Origin: Synechococcus sp.
Lineage (GTDB): Bacteria; Cyanobacteriota; Cyanobacteriia; Thermostichales; PCC-7336
Assembly (NCBI GenBank): GCA_051439425.1
Contig: JBFRWD010000013.1
Coordinates: 1-16,153, forward strand
Reading direction: 5' to 3'
Length of the DNA stretch: 16,153 nucleotides
The notes under the pieces were generated by a model. It made no database searches and was not told the origin of the DNA. It saw only the letters and a program-made list of their open reading frames with translations. Both the position numbers and the translations under genes were made by a program. Below, one piece after another: positions 1 to 10,375 of the stretch; position 1 is the stretch's first letter, and every line of letters begins with the position of its first letter.

Positions 1-279
1 GCTGATATTCGCGCGTCAGCAGCGACTGTCCCAGACGATCGCCTGCTGATTGAGACCGATTGCCCGTTTCTGGCTCCCGTTCCCCACCGAGGGAGGCGCA
101 CCGAGCCTGCATATGTGGCCCTCGTGGCACGTCAGCTTGCAGACATCAAGGGGGTTGCTATGCCTGATGTTGCTACGCTGACCTCAGCCAACGCTCGCAG
201 GTTGTTTGGGCTGCCCCAACCGTCTCCATCTGTGGCTCGAAAGCAACCCCTGCGGGAACCTAGCGTCGGAGCTGCTTAA
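1..279 (+). CDS. tatD: TatD family deoxyribonuclease, 3' end (starts before the window)
   Basis: Frame 1 translates to ADIRASAATVPDDRLLIETDCPFLAPVPHRGRRTEPAYVALVARQLADIKG...TSANARRLFGL..., with TAA at 277-279. The DRLLIETDCPFLAP and NARRLF motifs are typical of TatD. tatD directly upstream of rpoB is the usual cyanobacterial order. Confidence 0.95.
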   Translation, partial: ADIRASAATVPDDRLLIETDCPFLAPVPHRGRRTEPAYVALVARQLADIKGVAMPDVATLTSANARRLFGLPQPSPSVARKQPLREPSVGAA

Positions 280-290
280 TCCAGTTCGAC

Positions 291-339
291 ACAAATTTTT
301 ACTTGACCGATTGACGGACGTACCACCGATTTTTATAAT
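291..339 (+). promoter_or_regulatory. sigma70 (SigA)-type promoter of the rpoB-rpoC1-rpoC2 operon
   Basis: TTGACG (311-316), a 17-nt spacer, then TATAAT (334-339). An A/T tract (ACAAATTTTTAC, 291-302) lies upstream and a second TTGACC at 303-308. Predicted start is near 345-347. Confidence 0.85.
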
Positions 340-377
340 TGGAGGTCTGATGTCAGCGCGACCTTTCTGAGAAACGC

Positions 378-3300
378 ATGAATAGTTTGACAACTGCGAT
401 TTCCGCGAACACACTACCTGACTTGGTAGAGGTTCAGCGGAAAAGTTTTTTGTGGTTTTTAAGCGAAGGATTTGAAGAGGAACTACTCAGCTTTTCCCCC
501 ATTGTTGACTATACCGGCAAACTCGAACTCCACTTTTTGCCCGACTACAAACCAGGGGATGCCTCAAAAGGTTACAAAATTCATCCGCCCCGCTACGACG
601 CTGAGGAAGCCAAGCGTCGGGATGCCACATACCAAGCCCAAATTCGTGTTCCTACCCGTCTGATTAACAAGGAAACGGGAGAAATTAAAGACATGGACGT
701 GTTCATCGGCGATCTACCGCTGATGACCGATCGCGGTACGTTCATCATCAATGGTGCCGAGCGAGTTATCGTCAACCAGATTGTCCGTAGCCCAGGTGTC
801 TACTATAAAGAAGAAATCGACAAGAATGGACGTCGTACTTACAACGCCAGTCTGATTCCCAACCGTGGGGCTTGGTTGAAGTTTGAGACCGACAAAAATG
901 ATTTAGTTTGGGTGCGGATCGATAAAACCCGCAAGTTGTCTGCAGCCGTACTGCTGAAAGCGCTCGGCCTCAGCGATGCGGAAATCAATGACGGTCTGCG
1001 ACACCCTGAGTACATCCAGAAGACGGTTGAGAAAGAAGGAAACTTCTCCGAAGAAGAAGCTCTGATGGAGCTGTATCGCAAATTGCGTCCCGGCGAACCT
1101 CCCACTGTCGCTGGCGGTCAACAATTGCTGGAATCGCGCTTTTTCGATCCCAAGCGTTACGACTTGGGCCGAGTGGGTCGCTACAAGCTCAATCGAAAGT
1201 TAAACCTCAATATCCCTGAAAACATTCGGGTCCTAACAACCACGGATATTCTGACGGCGATCGATTATCTGATTAACTTAGAGTTTGACATTGGTCAGAT
1301 CGATGACATCGACCACCTAGGCAATCGCCGTATTCGCTCCGTTGGTGAACTGCTCCAGAACCAAGTTCGTGTTGGTTTGAACCGCTTGGAGCGCATCATT
1401 CGCGAACGGATGACGGTCTCCGAATCTGAAAGCCTCACTCCCGCGTCATTGGTCAATCCCAAACCCTTGGTTGCAGCTATCAAGGAGTTCTTCGGGTCCA
1501 GTCAACTGTCCCAATTTATGGATCAGACGAACCCGCTGGCCGAGCTGACTCACAAACGTCGTCTGTCGGCATTAGGGCCTGGTGGTTTGAGCCGAGAGCG
1601 CGCTGGTTTCGCCGTTCGAGACATTCACCCCAGCCACTACGGTCGTATCTGTCCGATTGAAACGCCTGAAGGTCCAAACGCCGGTCTGATTGGTTCTCTG
1701 GCGACTCATGCCCGCATTAACTCCTATGGTTTTATCGAAAGTCCCTATTGGCTGGTGAAAGATGGAGTGGTTCTTAAGGAGAGTGCTCCGATATATCTAA
1801 CAGCTGATGAAGAGGATGAATACAGAGTGGCGCCAGGGGATATTCCCTTGGATGAAAATAACGCCATTCTCGGCGAACTAGTCCCGGTGAGGTATCGCCA
1901 GGAATTCGGTACTGCTCATCCCGATGAAGTCCACTACGTTCAAGTGTCGCCTGTACAGGTAATCTCTGTTGGTACCTCGCTAATTCCCTTCCTCGAACAT
2001 GACGACGCGAACCGCGCTCTGATGGGAGCGAATATGCAACGTCAGGCGGTGCCCCTCTTGAAGCCGGATCGCCCCTTGGTGGGAACCGGCATCGAAGCTC
2101 AGGCAGCTCGCGACTCCGGCATGGTGGTCGTCTGTCGTGCCAATGGTGTTGTAACCCGCGTTACCTCCGAGGAAGTCGTTGTCCAGACCGATGCAGGCAA
2201 CGGTCCGACCGTGTACCAATTGCAAAAGTATCAGCGATCGAACCAAGATACCTGCCTCAACCAACGCCCTCTGGTGGAAGTGGGAGATCGCGTGGTGGCG
2301 GGTCAGGTACTCGCGGATGGGTCTGCCACCGAGGGTGGTGAATTGGCTCTCGGACAAAACGTCCTGGTGGCTTACATGCCCTGGGAAGGTTACAACTACG
2401 AAGACGCCATCCTTATTAGCGAACGATTGGTATATGACGACGTCTTTACCTCCGTCCACATCGAAAAATTTGAAATTGAAGCCCGCCAGACAAAACTTGG
2501 GCCGGAAGAAATCACCCGCGAAATTCCCAACGTTGGTGAAGACTCGCTGCGCAACCTCGACGAGCAAGGCATTGTCCGCGTGGGGGCTTGGGTTCAGTCT
2601 GGCGACATTCTAGTTGGTAAGGTCACACCGAAGGGCGAGTCCGACCAACCCCCGGAAGAGAAGCTGTTGCGAGCCATCTTTGGTGAAAAAGCCCGCGACG
2701 TTCGGGATAACTCCCTACGAGTGCCCAACGGCGAGAAAGGCCGTGTGGTTGATGTGCGTGTTTTTACTCGCGAGCAAGGGGATGAACTGCCACCCGGCGC
2801 CAACATGGTGGTGCGGGTATACATCGCCCTGAAACGCAAGATTCAGGTGGGTGACAAGATTGCAGGACGCCATGGAAACAAGGGAATTATTTCCCGGATC
2901 CTGCCCTGCGAAGATATGCCCTACCTGCCCGATGGCACCCCCATCGACATCGTTCTCAACCCGTTAGGTGTACCGTCCCGTATGAATGTGGGACAAGTCT
3001 TCGAATGCTTGCTGGGTTGGGCTGCTGGCAATCTTGGCGTTCGATTCAAGCTGATGCCATTCGATGAAATGCATGGGGAAGAGGCCTCCCGCGCAACCGT
3101 GCGTGCCAAGCTGTCGGAAGCTCGCGAGAAAACCGGTAAAGATTGGATTTACACCGCAGACGGAGCCTATGCGGGCAAGATGCAGGTGTATGACGGACGG
3201 ACTGGTGAACTGTTCGACCAGCCCGTGACTGTAGGACGCGCCTACATCCTCAAGTTAGTTCACTTGGTGGACGAGAAAATTCACGCCCGTTCCACTGGGC

Positions 3301-3920
3301 CCTACTCGCTAGTTACGCAGCAACCGTTGGGAGGTAAGGCCCAACAAGGCGGTCAACGATTTGGCGAAATGGAAGTATGGGCATTGGAAGCCTTTGGTGC
3401 CGCCTATACCTTGCAAGAGCTGCTGACGGTGAAGTCGGACGACATGATCGGGCGAAACGAGGCCCTCAACGCGATCGTCAAAGGTCAGCCGATCCCTCGG
3501 CCTGGCACTCCCGAATCCTTCAAGGTATTGATGCGCGAGCTGCAGTCCTTGGGGTTGGATGTCTCGGTTCATAAAGTTGACACCAATCTGGACGGAACCT
3601 CCGAGCACGTCGAGGTGGACTTAATGGCCGATGCCAGCCACCGTCGCACGCCGTCCCGCCCCACTTACGAGTCCGTAACCACTGAAGATCTGCAAATTCC
3701 TCCGTCTGCGACTGACGGCCAACCTTCAGCTCAGGCAGTGGCTACCGTTCCGGCAGTGGCTGCTGTAGCCGAGACAGCTGTCGTGACCGAAACAACAGTC
3801 GTAGCAGATGGCAGTGCTGTCCAGCCTGAGGTTGGTAGTGCCGAGGTTAGCGAAACCATGGATACCGCGATGGCAGGAGAAACGGCTGTAGCAGCTGAAG
3901 ACAGTGGCATCGATGAATAG
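378..3920 (+). CDS. rpoB: DNA-directed RNA polymerase subunit beta (1180 aa, extended acidic C-tail)
   Basis: Motifs [59 protein letters not shown] and [15 protein letters not shown]. Confidence 0.99.
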   Translation: MNSLTTAISANTLPDLVEVQRKSFLWFLSEGFEEELLSFSPIVDYTGKLELHFLPDYKPGDASKGYKIHPPRYDAEEAKRRDATYQAQIRVPTRLINKETGEIKDMDVFIGDLPLMTDRGTFIINGAERVIVNQIVRSPGVYYKEEIDKNGRRTYNASLIPNRGAWLKFETDKNDLVWVRIDKTRKLSAAVLLKALGLSDAEINDGLRHPEYIQKTVEKEGNFSEEEALMELYRKLRPGEPPTVAGGQQLLESRFFDPKRYDLGRVGRYKLNRKLNLNIPENIRVLTTTDILTAIDYLINLEFDIGQIDDIDHLGNRRIRSVGELLQNQVRVGLNRLERIIRERMTVSESESLTPASLVNPKPLVAAIKEFFGSSQLSQFMDQTNPLAELTHKRRLSALGPGGLSRERAGFAVRDIHPSHYGRICPIETPEGPNAGLIGSLATHARINSYGFIESPYWLVKDGVVLKESAPIYLTADEEDEYRVAPGDIPLDENNAILGELVPVRYRQEFGTAHPDEVHYVQVSPVQVISVGTSLIPFLEHDDANRALMGANMQRQAVPLLKPDRPLVGTGIEAQAARDSGMVVVCRANGVVTRVTSEEVVVQTDAGNGPTVYQLQKYQRSNQDTCLNQRPLVEVGDRVVAGQVLADGSATEGGELALGQNVLVAYMPWEGYNYEDAILISERLVYDDVFTSVHIEKFEIEARQTKLGPEEITREIPNVGEDSLRNLDEQGIVRVGAWVQSGDILVGKVTPKGESDQPPEEKLLRAIFGEKARDVRDNSLRVPNGEKGRVVDVRVFTREQGDELPPGANMVVRVYIALKRKIQVGDKIAGRHGNKGIISRILPCEDMPYLPDGTPIDIVLNPLGVPSRMNVGQVFECLLGWAAGNLGVRFKLMPFDEMHGEEASRATVRAKLSEAREKTGKDWIYTADGAYAGKMQVYDGRTGELFDQPVTVGRAYILKLVHLVDEKIHARSTGPYSLVTQQPLGGKAQQGGQRFGEMEVWALEAFGAAYTLQELLTVKSDDMIGRNEALNAIVKGQPIPRPGTPESFKVLMRELQSLGLDVSVHKVDTNLDGTSEHVEVDLMADASHRRTPSRPTYESVTTEDLQIPPSATDGQPSAQAVATVPAVAAVAETAVVTETTVVADGSAVQPEVGSAEVSETMDTAMAGETAVAAEDSGIDE
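3735..3806 (+). repeat. Four degenerate 18-nt (6-codon) tandem units in the rpoB 3' end
   Basis: gcagtggctaccgttccg / gcagtggctgctgtagcc / gagacagctgtcgtgacc / gaaacaacagtcgtagca, encoding [24 protein letters not shown]. Confidence 0.65.
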
Positions 3921-3994
3921 AGTCTTTCCCCGCAGCTTGGCGAGTCACTTCCTCTTAGGCAAGTAGCGCGTTCGGGCAATGCGGGGATTGGACT
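3921..3994 (+). other. Long imperfect stem-loop in the rpoB-rpoC1 spacer
   Basis: Nested pairings: agtc 3921-24/gact 3991-94; tccccgca 3927-34/tgcgggga 3980-87; gcttgg 3935-40/tcgggc 3972-77 (with G-U); acttcct 3947-53/agg(c)aagt 3957-64. No U-tract follows. Confidence 0.6.
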
Positions 3995-4038
3995 GCAGTT
4001 AGAGAAGCATTGAGCTGAGACTTATCGAGATACCAACA

Positions 4039-5913
4039 ATGAGCAAACTCGAGCAGCGTTTTGATTACGTCAAAATTGGTTTGGCCTCTCCCGAACGCAT
4101 CAAAGACTGGGGGCAGCGGACGCTGCCGAACAGCACGGTAGTGGGCGAAGTCACAAAGCCAGAAACCATTAACTACAGAACGCTTAAGCCGGAGATGGAC
4201 GGCTTATTCTGCGAGCGTATTTTTGGTCCGGCGAAAGATTGGGAATGCCACTGCGGCAAGTACAAGCGGGTACGTCACCGCGGTATCGTCTGCGAGCGCT
4301 GCGGTGTCGAGGTCACCGAATCAAGAGTGCGACGCCACCGCATGGGTTATATCAACCTAGCGGCTCCTGTCACTCACGTTTGGTATCTAAAGGGGATTCC
4401 CAGCCACATTGCCACATTGCTGGATATGCCGCTGCGAGACGTAGAGCAAGTGGTCTATTTCAATGCCTACGTAGTTATCGATCCTGGCAACGCCGAGAAT
4501 TTAACCTACAAGCAACTGCTGACTGAAGATCAGTTCATCGAGATTGAAGATCAGCTCTACGAAGAAGGGTCCGAACTGCAGCTAGCCCCAGACTGGGCCA
4601 TGATCGGTGCCGAGGCAGTAAAGAAACTGCTGATGGATATCAACATGGAGGAAGAGGCTGAGAAACTGCGAGAAGACATCGCCACTTCTCGCGGCCAAAA
4701 GCGAGCCCGTCTGATCAAGCGCTTGCGGGTGCTGGATAACTTCATTGCCACCGAGTCCCGACCCGAGTGGATGATTCTTGAAGCTCTACCGGTGATTCCT
4801 CCAGACCTGCGCCCGATGGTGCAGTTGGATGGTGGGCGATTTGCGACCTCAGACCTCAACGACCTTTACCGTCGCGTCATCAACCGCAACAATCGGCTGG
4901 CGAGATTGCAAGAGATCATGGCGCCCGAGATTATTGTCCGTAACGAAAAGCGGATGTTGCAGGAAGCTGTCGATGCGTTGATCGACAACGGTCGTCGCGG
5001 GCGCACTGTAGTTGGTGCTAACAACCGCCCCCTAAAATCCCTCTCAGACATCATTGAAGGTAAGCAGGGACGTTTCCGTCAAAACTTGCTGGGTAAACGG
5101 GTTGACTACTCCGGTCGTTCCGTCATTGTTGTGGGGCCAAAACTCAAGATTCACCAGTGCGGTTTGCCCAAGGAAATGGCGATCGAACTATTCCAGCCAT
5201 TTGTGATTCATAAGCTGATCAAGCGCGGCGTTGTCAACAACATCAAAGCTGCCAAGAAGATGATCGTGATGAACGATCCAGCCATTTGGGACGTTCTGGA
5301 AGAAGTGATTGACGGCCACCCTGTTTTGCTCAACCGCGCTCCCACGCTGCACCGCTTGGGGATTCAGGCATTTGAACCTCTGTTAGTAGAAGGACGCGCT
5401 ATTCAATTACATCCCTTGGTTTGTCCGGCATTTAATGCCGACTTTGACGGCGACCAGATGGCTGTTCACGTCCCTCTTTCCTTGGAAGCACAAGCAGAAG
5501 CGCGTTTGTTGATGTTGGCATCTAACAACGTGCTGTCACCGGCAACAGGGACACCCATTATTACCCCCAGTCAGGACATGGTCCTGGGCTGTTACTACCT
5601 GACAGCCGATAATCCCAAGCGTCAAAAAGGTCGGGGTAAATACTTTGGCAGTATGGAAGACGCCCTGGTGGCTTACGAGCAAGGGGTTGTTGACCTGCAT
5701 GCTTACATTTGGCTGCGTTACGACGACCCGGTTGAAGGTGGCGGGCAAGGAGAACCAGAGGTCACAACAGAATCAGATGGCAGCAAAATCACTAAATATG
5801 AAAACCTCCGCATTCGCGAGACACCAGATGGTCAACTGCTATCCCAGTACGTATTCACCACCCCCGGACGCATCATTTTCAACAAAGTGATTCAAGAGTC
5901 TCTGGCTGTGTAA
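4039..5913 (+). CDS. rpoC1: DNA-directed RNA polymerase subunit gamma (N-terminal part of the split beta')
   Basis: 624 aa. Zn finger ECHCGKYK...[39 protein letters not shown] and the catalytic NADFDGD motif. Confidence 0.99.
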   Translation: MSKLEQRFDYVKIGLASPERIKDWGQRTLPNSTVVGEVTKPETINYRTLKPEMDGLFCERIFGPAKDWECHCGKYKRVRHRGIVCERCGVEVTESRVRRHRMGYINLAAPVTHVWYLKGIPSHIATLLDMPLRDVEQVVYFNAYVVIDPGNAENLTYKQLLTEDQFIEIEDQLYEEGSELQLAPDWAMIGAEAVKKLLMDINMEEEAEKLREDIATSRGQKRARLIKRLRVLDNFIATESRPEWMILEALPVIPPDLRPMVQLDGGRFATSDLNDLYRRVINRNNRLARLQEIMAPEIIVRNEKRMLQEAVDALIDNGRRGRTVVGANNRPLKSLSDIIEGKQGRFRQNLLGKRVDYSGRSVIVVGPKLKIHQCGLPKEMAIELFQPFVIHKLIKRGVVNNIKAAKKMIVMNDPAIWDVLEEVIDGHPVLLNRAPTLHRLGIQAFEPLLVEGRAIQLHPLVCPAFNADFDGDQMAVHVPLSLEAQAEARLLMLASNNVLSPATGTPIITPSQDMVLGCYYLTADNPKRQKGRGKYFGSMEDALVAYEQGVVDLHAYIWLRYDDPVEGGGQGEPEVTTESDGSKITKYENLRIRETPDGQLLSQYVFTTPGRIIFNKVIQESLAV

Positions 5914-5927
5914 GCCACCATCACTGC

Positions 5928-5977
5928 CGAGCTGGATAGCTATCGATAGCACGTTCAGATGGTTGAATTCTAGCTCG
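5928..5977 (+). other. Stem-loop in the rpoC1-rpoC2 spacer
   Basis: cgagctgga 5928-36 pairs with tctagctcg 5969-77 (one G-U). It encloses the perfect palindrome gctatcgatagc (5939-50) and ttca...tgaa. Confidence 0.5.
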
Positions 5978-6033
5978 ACATTAATTTCCATTTGCACAAC
6001 TCTGCCCGCATTTGCACTTGAGGCCAAGCGAAT

Positions 6034-9000
6034 ATGACCCAACAGTTGCGCCACAATGAAACCGCTGAAAAACCTACCTTCCGCAATACGATTGTCGACA
6101 AGCGAGGACTAAAGAAGCTGATCTCGTGGGCATTTGGTGAGTACGGTACTGCCCGAACCGCCCAAATGGCAGACGAGTTAAAAGGGTTGGGATTCCGATA
6201 TGCCACAAAAGCCGGCGTATCTATTAGCGTCGAAGACCTCGAAATTCCGTCCGAGAAGAAGGAACTGCTAGCTCAAGCAGAAGCGGAAATTGAGAATGCC
6301 CAGGAGCGCTATACCCGCGGTGAGATTACCGAAATTGAGCGTTACCAAAAAGTCATCGATACCTGGAATCAGACCAACGATGACATCAAAAATGCCATGC
6401 TTGAGAATTTTCGGATTAATAATCCGCTCAACTCGGTGTACATGATGTCAAATTCCGGGGCACGTGGAAATGTGTCTCAGGTGCGTCAGTTGGTAGGCAT
6501 GCGCGGTTTGATGGCCAATCCGCGTGGAGAGATTATTGACTTACCAATTAAGACCAACTTCCGAGAGGGCTTAACGGTAACGGAATACATCATTTCCTCG
6601 TACGGTGCGCGCAAAGGACTTGTTGATACTGCGCTGCGAACGGCTGACTCCGGCTATCTGACCCGCCGTCTGGTGGACGTATCTCAGGATGTGATCGTTC
6701 GCGATCAAGATTGCGGTACCGAGCGCGGAATTGTGTTGGAGTCCCTAAGAGATTCCGACAAAGTGATTATTAATGTTGAAGAACGACTGATTGGGCGAAC
6801 CGCTGCACAGGACATCTTGCATCCTGAGACTGGCGAGGCAATCGTGGCACGCAACGAGCCTATTAGTCACGAACTAGCGAAAATAATCGTGGATGCCGGT
6901 GTCGAACAGGTCATGGTGCGATCGCCCCTCACCTGCGAAGCCAATCGTTCCGTATGTCGGCTTTGCTACGGCTGGAGTCTGGCTCACTCTCGGCCAGTTG
7001 ATATTGGTGAAGCCGTTGGAATTATTGCCGCACAATCGATTGGCGAACCGGGTACCCAGCTAACGATGCGTACCTTCCATACTGGTGGTGTGTTTACTGG
7101 TGAGATTGCCCGTCAGATTAAGGCTCCCTTCGATGGCAAGATTTCCTTTCCAAAGAAATTCCGGACTCGCCCGCTCCGAACTCGCCACGGGGATGATGCG
7201 CTACAGGTCGAAGTTGCCAACACGTTTAAGCTAGTTGGCAAAGGTAGCAACAAAGAAAGCTTCGAGGCCACACCTGGCTCAACTGTTTTCGTGCAGGATG
7301 GCCAAGAAGTTAAAGAAGGCCAGATGATTGCCGAAGTAGCAGCATCAGGTAAAACCGCCCGTAAGAGCACCGAAAAAGCTCAAAAAGACGTAGCCACCGA
7401 TCTCTCGGGCGAGGTTCGGTTCGAAAGTTTGCCATTCGAAGAGAAAACGGACCGCCAAGGCAACACTACGTTCATGGTGCAGCGCCAGGGCATTATCTGG
7501 GTGATGTCTGGTGAGGTGTACAACCTCCCCCCTGGTGCCGAGCCTGTGGTGGAAAACAACGATCGCGTCGAAACTGGATCGGTGATAGCAGAAACATCAC
7601 TGATTACCGAGCACGGTGGTGTCGTGCGCTTGCCCGAACAGGTGGACGGCAAGGGAGGTCGCGAAGTCGAGATCATTACCGCTTCGGTGGTCCTGGACAG
7701 GGCCCAGGTACGCAGCGAGGCCCACTCTGGCCGCGAGCAGTACATGTTAGATACTGCAACTGGACAGTCCTTCCTGTTGAAAGCAACACCTGGAACTAAG
7801 GTCGGCAGCGGTGAAATTGTGGCCGAGTTGCAGGAAACCGAGTTCCGCACTCAGATGGGTGGTTTGGTGAAGTTTGCAGGTCTGGAAGTCGCCAAGCGCG
7901 GCAAGGCCAAACAGGGATATGAGGTGACCAAAGGTGGAACGGTTCTCTGGATTCCGGAAGAATCCCACGAGGTTAACAAAGACATTTCCCTACTGAATGT
8001 TGAAGACGGTCAATACGTCGAGGCTGGAACGGAAGTTGTGAAAGACATCTTCTGTCAGACCAGTGGCGTCGTAGAGATTGCTCAGAAAAATGACATTCTT
8101 CGCGAAATCACCATTAAACCGGGTAACGTTCACCTGATCGATAATCAGGAAGATCTGGAAGTGAAGAGTGGCACGCTCATCCAACCCGGTCAGCAGGCGA
8201 TTACGGGTGTGACGGCAGAGGCCCTATCGTACATTGAGCAGTTGGAAACGACCGAAGGGCCGGCTGTATTGCTGCGTCCCGTAGAAGAATTCACGATTCC
8301 CGATGAGCCCTCCGTACCCAGCCAGGAATCTGCGAATGAAGCCGGTCGGGCTATCCGTCTCAGAGCCGTCCAGCGGATGCAGTTTAAAGATGGCGAGCGG
8401 GTCAAGTCAATTAATGGGGTCGAGCTACTCAAAACCCAGCTGGTGCTTGAAATTGCAACGGAAGCCCCTCATCTGAAGGCCGACATTGAGCTGGCTCAGG
8501 ATGATGCCGATCCGGATGTGCAACGCTTACAACTGGTGATTTTGGAAACTCTGTTAGTGCGCCGCGATAACGAGGCAGACCTAACACAAGGGAGTACCCA
8601 TACCCGCTTGCTTGTGGCAGAAGGTGACACGATTGAGCCGGGAGCCGTCGTTGCTCGGACTGAAATTCAGGCAAAGGGGGCAGGCATCATTCGCGGCCTG
8701 CGTGACGGTGTAGAGCTGGTCCGCCGCTTGCTCACCATTACGGAGGGTGACTTGGTCACCGTGCCTCTCGAACAGCCCTCGTCTCACGAGGTGGGAGACA
8801 TTGTGCGAGTAGGCGATGCTCTTGCAGAAGGGGCGATCGCTCCCGAGTCTGGTGTCGTGATGGCTGTAGCTGGCGATCAGATTACTCTGCGTATTGGACG
8901 GCCCTATCTCGTATCTGCAGGTGCCATTCTGCAAGTGGGAGATGGTGACTTGGTCCAGCGCGGCGACAACTTAGCGCTACTGGTATACGAGCGGGCTAAG

Positions 9001-9918
9001 ACCGGGGATATCATTCAGGGTCTACCTCGCATTGAAGAGCTACTAGAAGCTCGTAAGCCCAAGGAAATGTGCGTTCTATGCAAGAGCTCTGGCGTCGTCC
9101 AGCTCACCCGTGATGAGGATCAGCTTGATATCAAAGTGCTGGAAGGAGACGGTACAGTTTCTGACTATGCGCTGCTGCCAGGTCAGAATCCGATTGTGGC
9201 GGATGGCCAACAGGTGCAAGCGGGTGAACCCCTCACCGATGGTCCGATTAATCCCCACGATTTACTGGAGGCCTTCTTCGAGTACCACAAAGACGAGATG
9301 GGTATCGATCAGGCTGCCATGTTCGCCATCCGCGAGGTACAGCGCTTCTTTGTGAATGAAGTGCAGAATGTTTACCGTTCTCAGGGGGTAGATATTTCGG
9401 ACAAACACATTGAAGTAGTCGTTCGCCAGATGACCTCGAAGGTGCGGGTGGATGATGGTGGAGACACGATTCTGCTACCCGGAGAATTGGTAGACCTTTA
9501 CCAAATTCAGCAAACGAATTCGACGATGGCGATCGCTGGTATGGCTCCCGCCCAGTACACCCCCGTCTTGTTGGGTATTACCAAAGCTAGCTTGAATACA
9601 GACAGCTTCATTTCAGCGGCAAGTTTCCAAGAGACGACTCGCGTGTTGACGGAAGCTGCGATTGAAGGCAAGTCAGACTGGTTGCGCGGTCTCAAAGAGA
9701 ACGTGATTATTGGTCGACTGATTCCTGCCGGCACTGGCTTCAACTCCTATGGCGAGGAATCTGATGATTCGGATATCCTGCCAGATGATGGAGATCGCCC
9801 CTATCCAGCACCGTCTGTGGGAAGTGTAACCCTTGCTGACGGAGAAGAGCTAGTGGATGACTTCACAGCAAAAGAAGCCATTTTGAAGGAAGAGCAGAAG
9901 CAAACTGGGTCTGATTAA
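6034..9918 (+). CDS. rpoC2: DNA-directed RNA polymerase subunit beta' (cyanobacterial RpoC2 with the large SI3 insertion)
   Basis: 1294 aa. Bridge helix [27 protein letters not shown]; trigger loop [21 protein letters not shown], separated from [16 protein letters not shown] by the long cyanobacterial SI3 region; [32 protein letters not shown]. Confidence 0.99.
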   Translation: MTQQLRHNETAEKPTFRNTIVDKRGLKKLISWAFGEYGTARTAQMADELKGLGFRYATKAGVSISVEDLEIPSEKKELLAQAEAEIENAQERYTRGEITEIERYQKVIDTWNQTNDDIKNAMLENFRINNPLNSVYMMSNSGARGNVSQVRQLVGMRGLMANPRGEIIDLPIKTNFREGLTVTEYIISSYGARKGLVDTALRTADSGYLTRRLVDVSQDVIVRDQDCGTERGIVLESLRDSDKVIINVEERLIGRTAAQDILHPETGEAIVARNEPISHELAKIIVDAGVEQVMVRSPLTCEANRSVCRLCYGWSLAHSRPVDIGEAVGIIAAQSIGEPGTQLTMRTFHTGGVFTGEIARQIKAPFDGKISFPKKFRTRPLRTRHGDDALQVEVANTFKLVGKGSNKESFEATPGSTVFVQDGQEVKEGQMIAEVAASGKTARKSTEKAQKDVATDLSGEVRFESLPFEEKTDRQGNTTFMVQRQGIIWVMSGEVYNLPPGAEPVVENNDRVETGSVIAETSLITEHGGVVRLPEQVDGKGGREVEIITASVVLDRAQVRSEAHSGREQYMLDTATGQSFLLKATPGTKVGSGEIVAELQETEFRTQMGGLVKFAGLEVAKRGKAKQGYEVTKGGTVLWIPEESHEVNKDISLLNVEDGQYVEAGTEVVKDIFCQTSGVVEIAQKNDILREITIKPGNVHLIDNQEDLEVKSGTLIQPGQQAITGVTAEALSYIEQLETTEGPAVLLRPVEEFTIPDEPSVPSQESANEAGRAIRLRAVQRMQFKDGERVKSINGVELLKTQLVLEIATEAPHLKADIELAQDDADPDVQRLQLVILETLLVRRDNEADLTQGSTHTRLLVAEGDTIEPGAVVARTEIQAKGAGIIRGLRDGVELVRRLLTITEGDLVTVPLEQPSSHEVGDIVRVGDALAEGAIAPESGVVMAVAGDQITLRIGRPYLVSAGAILQVGDGDLVQRGDNLALLVYERAKTGDIIQGLPRIEELLEARKPKEMCVLCKSSGVVQLTRDEDQLDIKVLEGDGTVSDYALLPGQNPIVADGQQVQAGEPLTDGPINPHDLLEAFFEYHKDEMGIDQAAMFAIREVQRFFVNEVQNVYRSQGVDISDKHIEVVVRQMTSKVRVDDGGDTILLPGELVDLYQIQQTNSTMAIAGMAPAQYTPVLLGITKASLNTDSFISAASFQETTRVLTEAAIEGKSDWLRGLKENVIIGRLIPAGTGFNSYGEESDDSDILPDDGDRPYPAPSVGSVTLADGEELVDDFTAKEAILKEEQKQTGSD

Positions 9919-9978
9919 GTTATGGGTCCCATGTTCATAATTGGCCATGGGATGTAGTTTCTGTCGATTGAACTGAAT

Positions 9979-10012
9979 GGGTCAGCGATCGCACGCGATC
10001 GCTGACCTTTTT
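9979..10012 (+). terminator. Intrinsic terminator of the rpo operon
   Basis: 12-bp perfect stem ggtcagcgatcg / cgatcgctgacc with a CACG loop, followed by TTTTT (10008-12), about 60 nt after the rpoC2 stop. A smaller hairpin, tcccatg...catggga (9927-9952), precedes it. Confidence 0.9.
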
Positions 10013-10060
10013 GTAGGCAAGGGACTACTCTGCATATATTGAGATCGGTTTGACAATGTC

Positions 10061-10135
10061 AGCTCAACGAAACTCCCTGAGCTAATGACTTGCTCTAGAG
10101 CACAACGAAACCACTGAGACTAAAGGACTCTTGCT
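10061..10135 (+). repeat. Degenerate two-unit tandem repeat, period 38 nt
   Basis: agctCAACGAAACtccCTGAGctaatGACTtgct versus agcaCAACGAAACcaCTGAGactaaagGACTcttgct. CAACGAAAC occurs at 10065 and 10103. Confidence 0.55.
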
Positions 10136-10375
10136 GTCTTCTCCCACATTCGAGATGATGCACTCCTTCTTCGCTCCGGGCCAGCTTTGAGGCTGAGTAT
10201 GGCGCCTATTGAGCTACATGAGGTTCATTTTTAGATCCACCTCTGTCAGTGAGGGCGGCAGAGAGCCTGAAACGTCCGATCTCCGTCATATCTTGCTAGA
10301 ACTACTTTGCTCAAGTAGCTCCGTCGAGCTGACGTTGGACCCGTAAACCAATTCAGGAGCAGGCCAGTACTGACA

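Noticed and set aside
91..108. TatD GRRTEP in place of the usual GKRNEP
   Set aside because: A single substitution with the ETD motif intact. I cannot infer altered function.
1494..1590. RpoB rifampicin-resistance region
   Set aside because: Reads [32 protein letters not shown], with the usual Q, D, H and S residues and no resistance substitution.
184..9743. Many 60-195 aa alternative-frame and antisense ORFs over tatD and the rpo genes (e.g. 1980..2567 minus, 7380..7850 minus)
   Set aside because: Shadow ORFs of strongly conserved genes, with no recognisable motifs.
378..9918. Inteins or introns in the RNAP genes
   Set aside because: The frames are continuous. The long RpoC2 insert is the known cyanobacterial SI3 domain, and the rpoC1/rpoC2 split is normal for the phylum.
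10061..10135. CRISPR array or hammerhead ribozyme (GAAAC and CTGA motifs)
   Set aside because: Only two degenerate units with a 38-nt period, leaving no spacer, and no cas genes. No proper CUGANGA core with flanking stems.
10218..10346. 42-aa ORF (MRFIFRSTSVSEGG...LTLDP) in the toxin position upstream of the HTH
   Set aside because: No RelE/HigB features and no clear ribosome-binding site.
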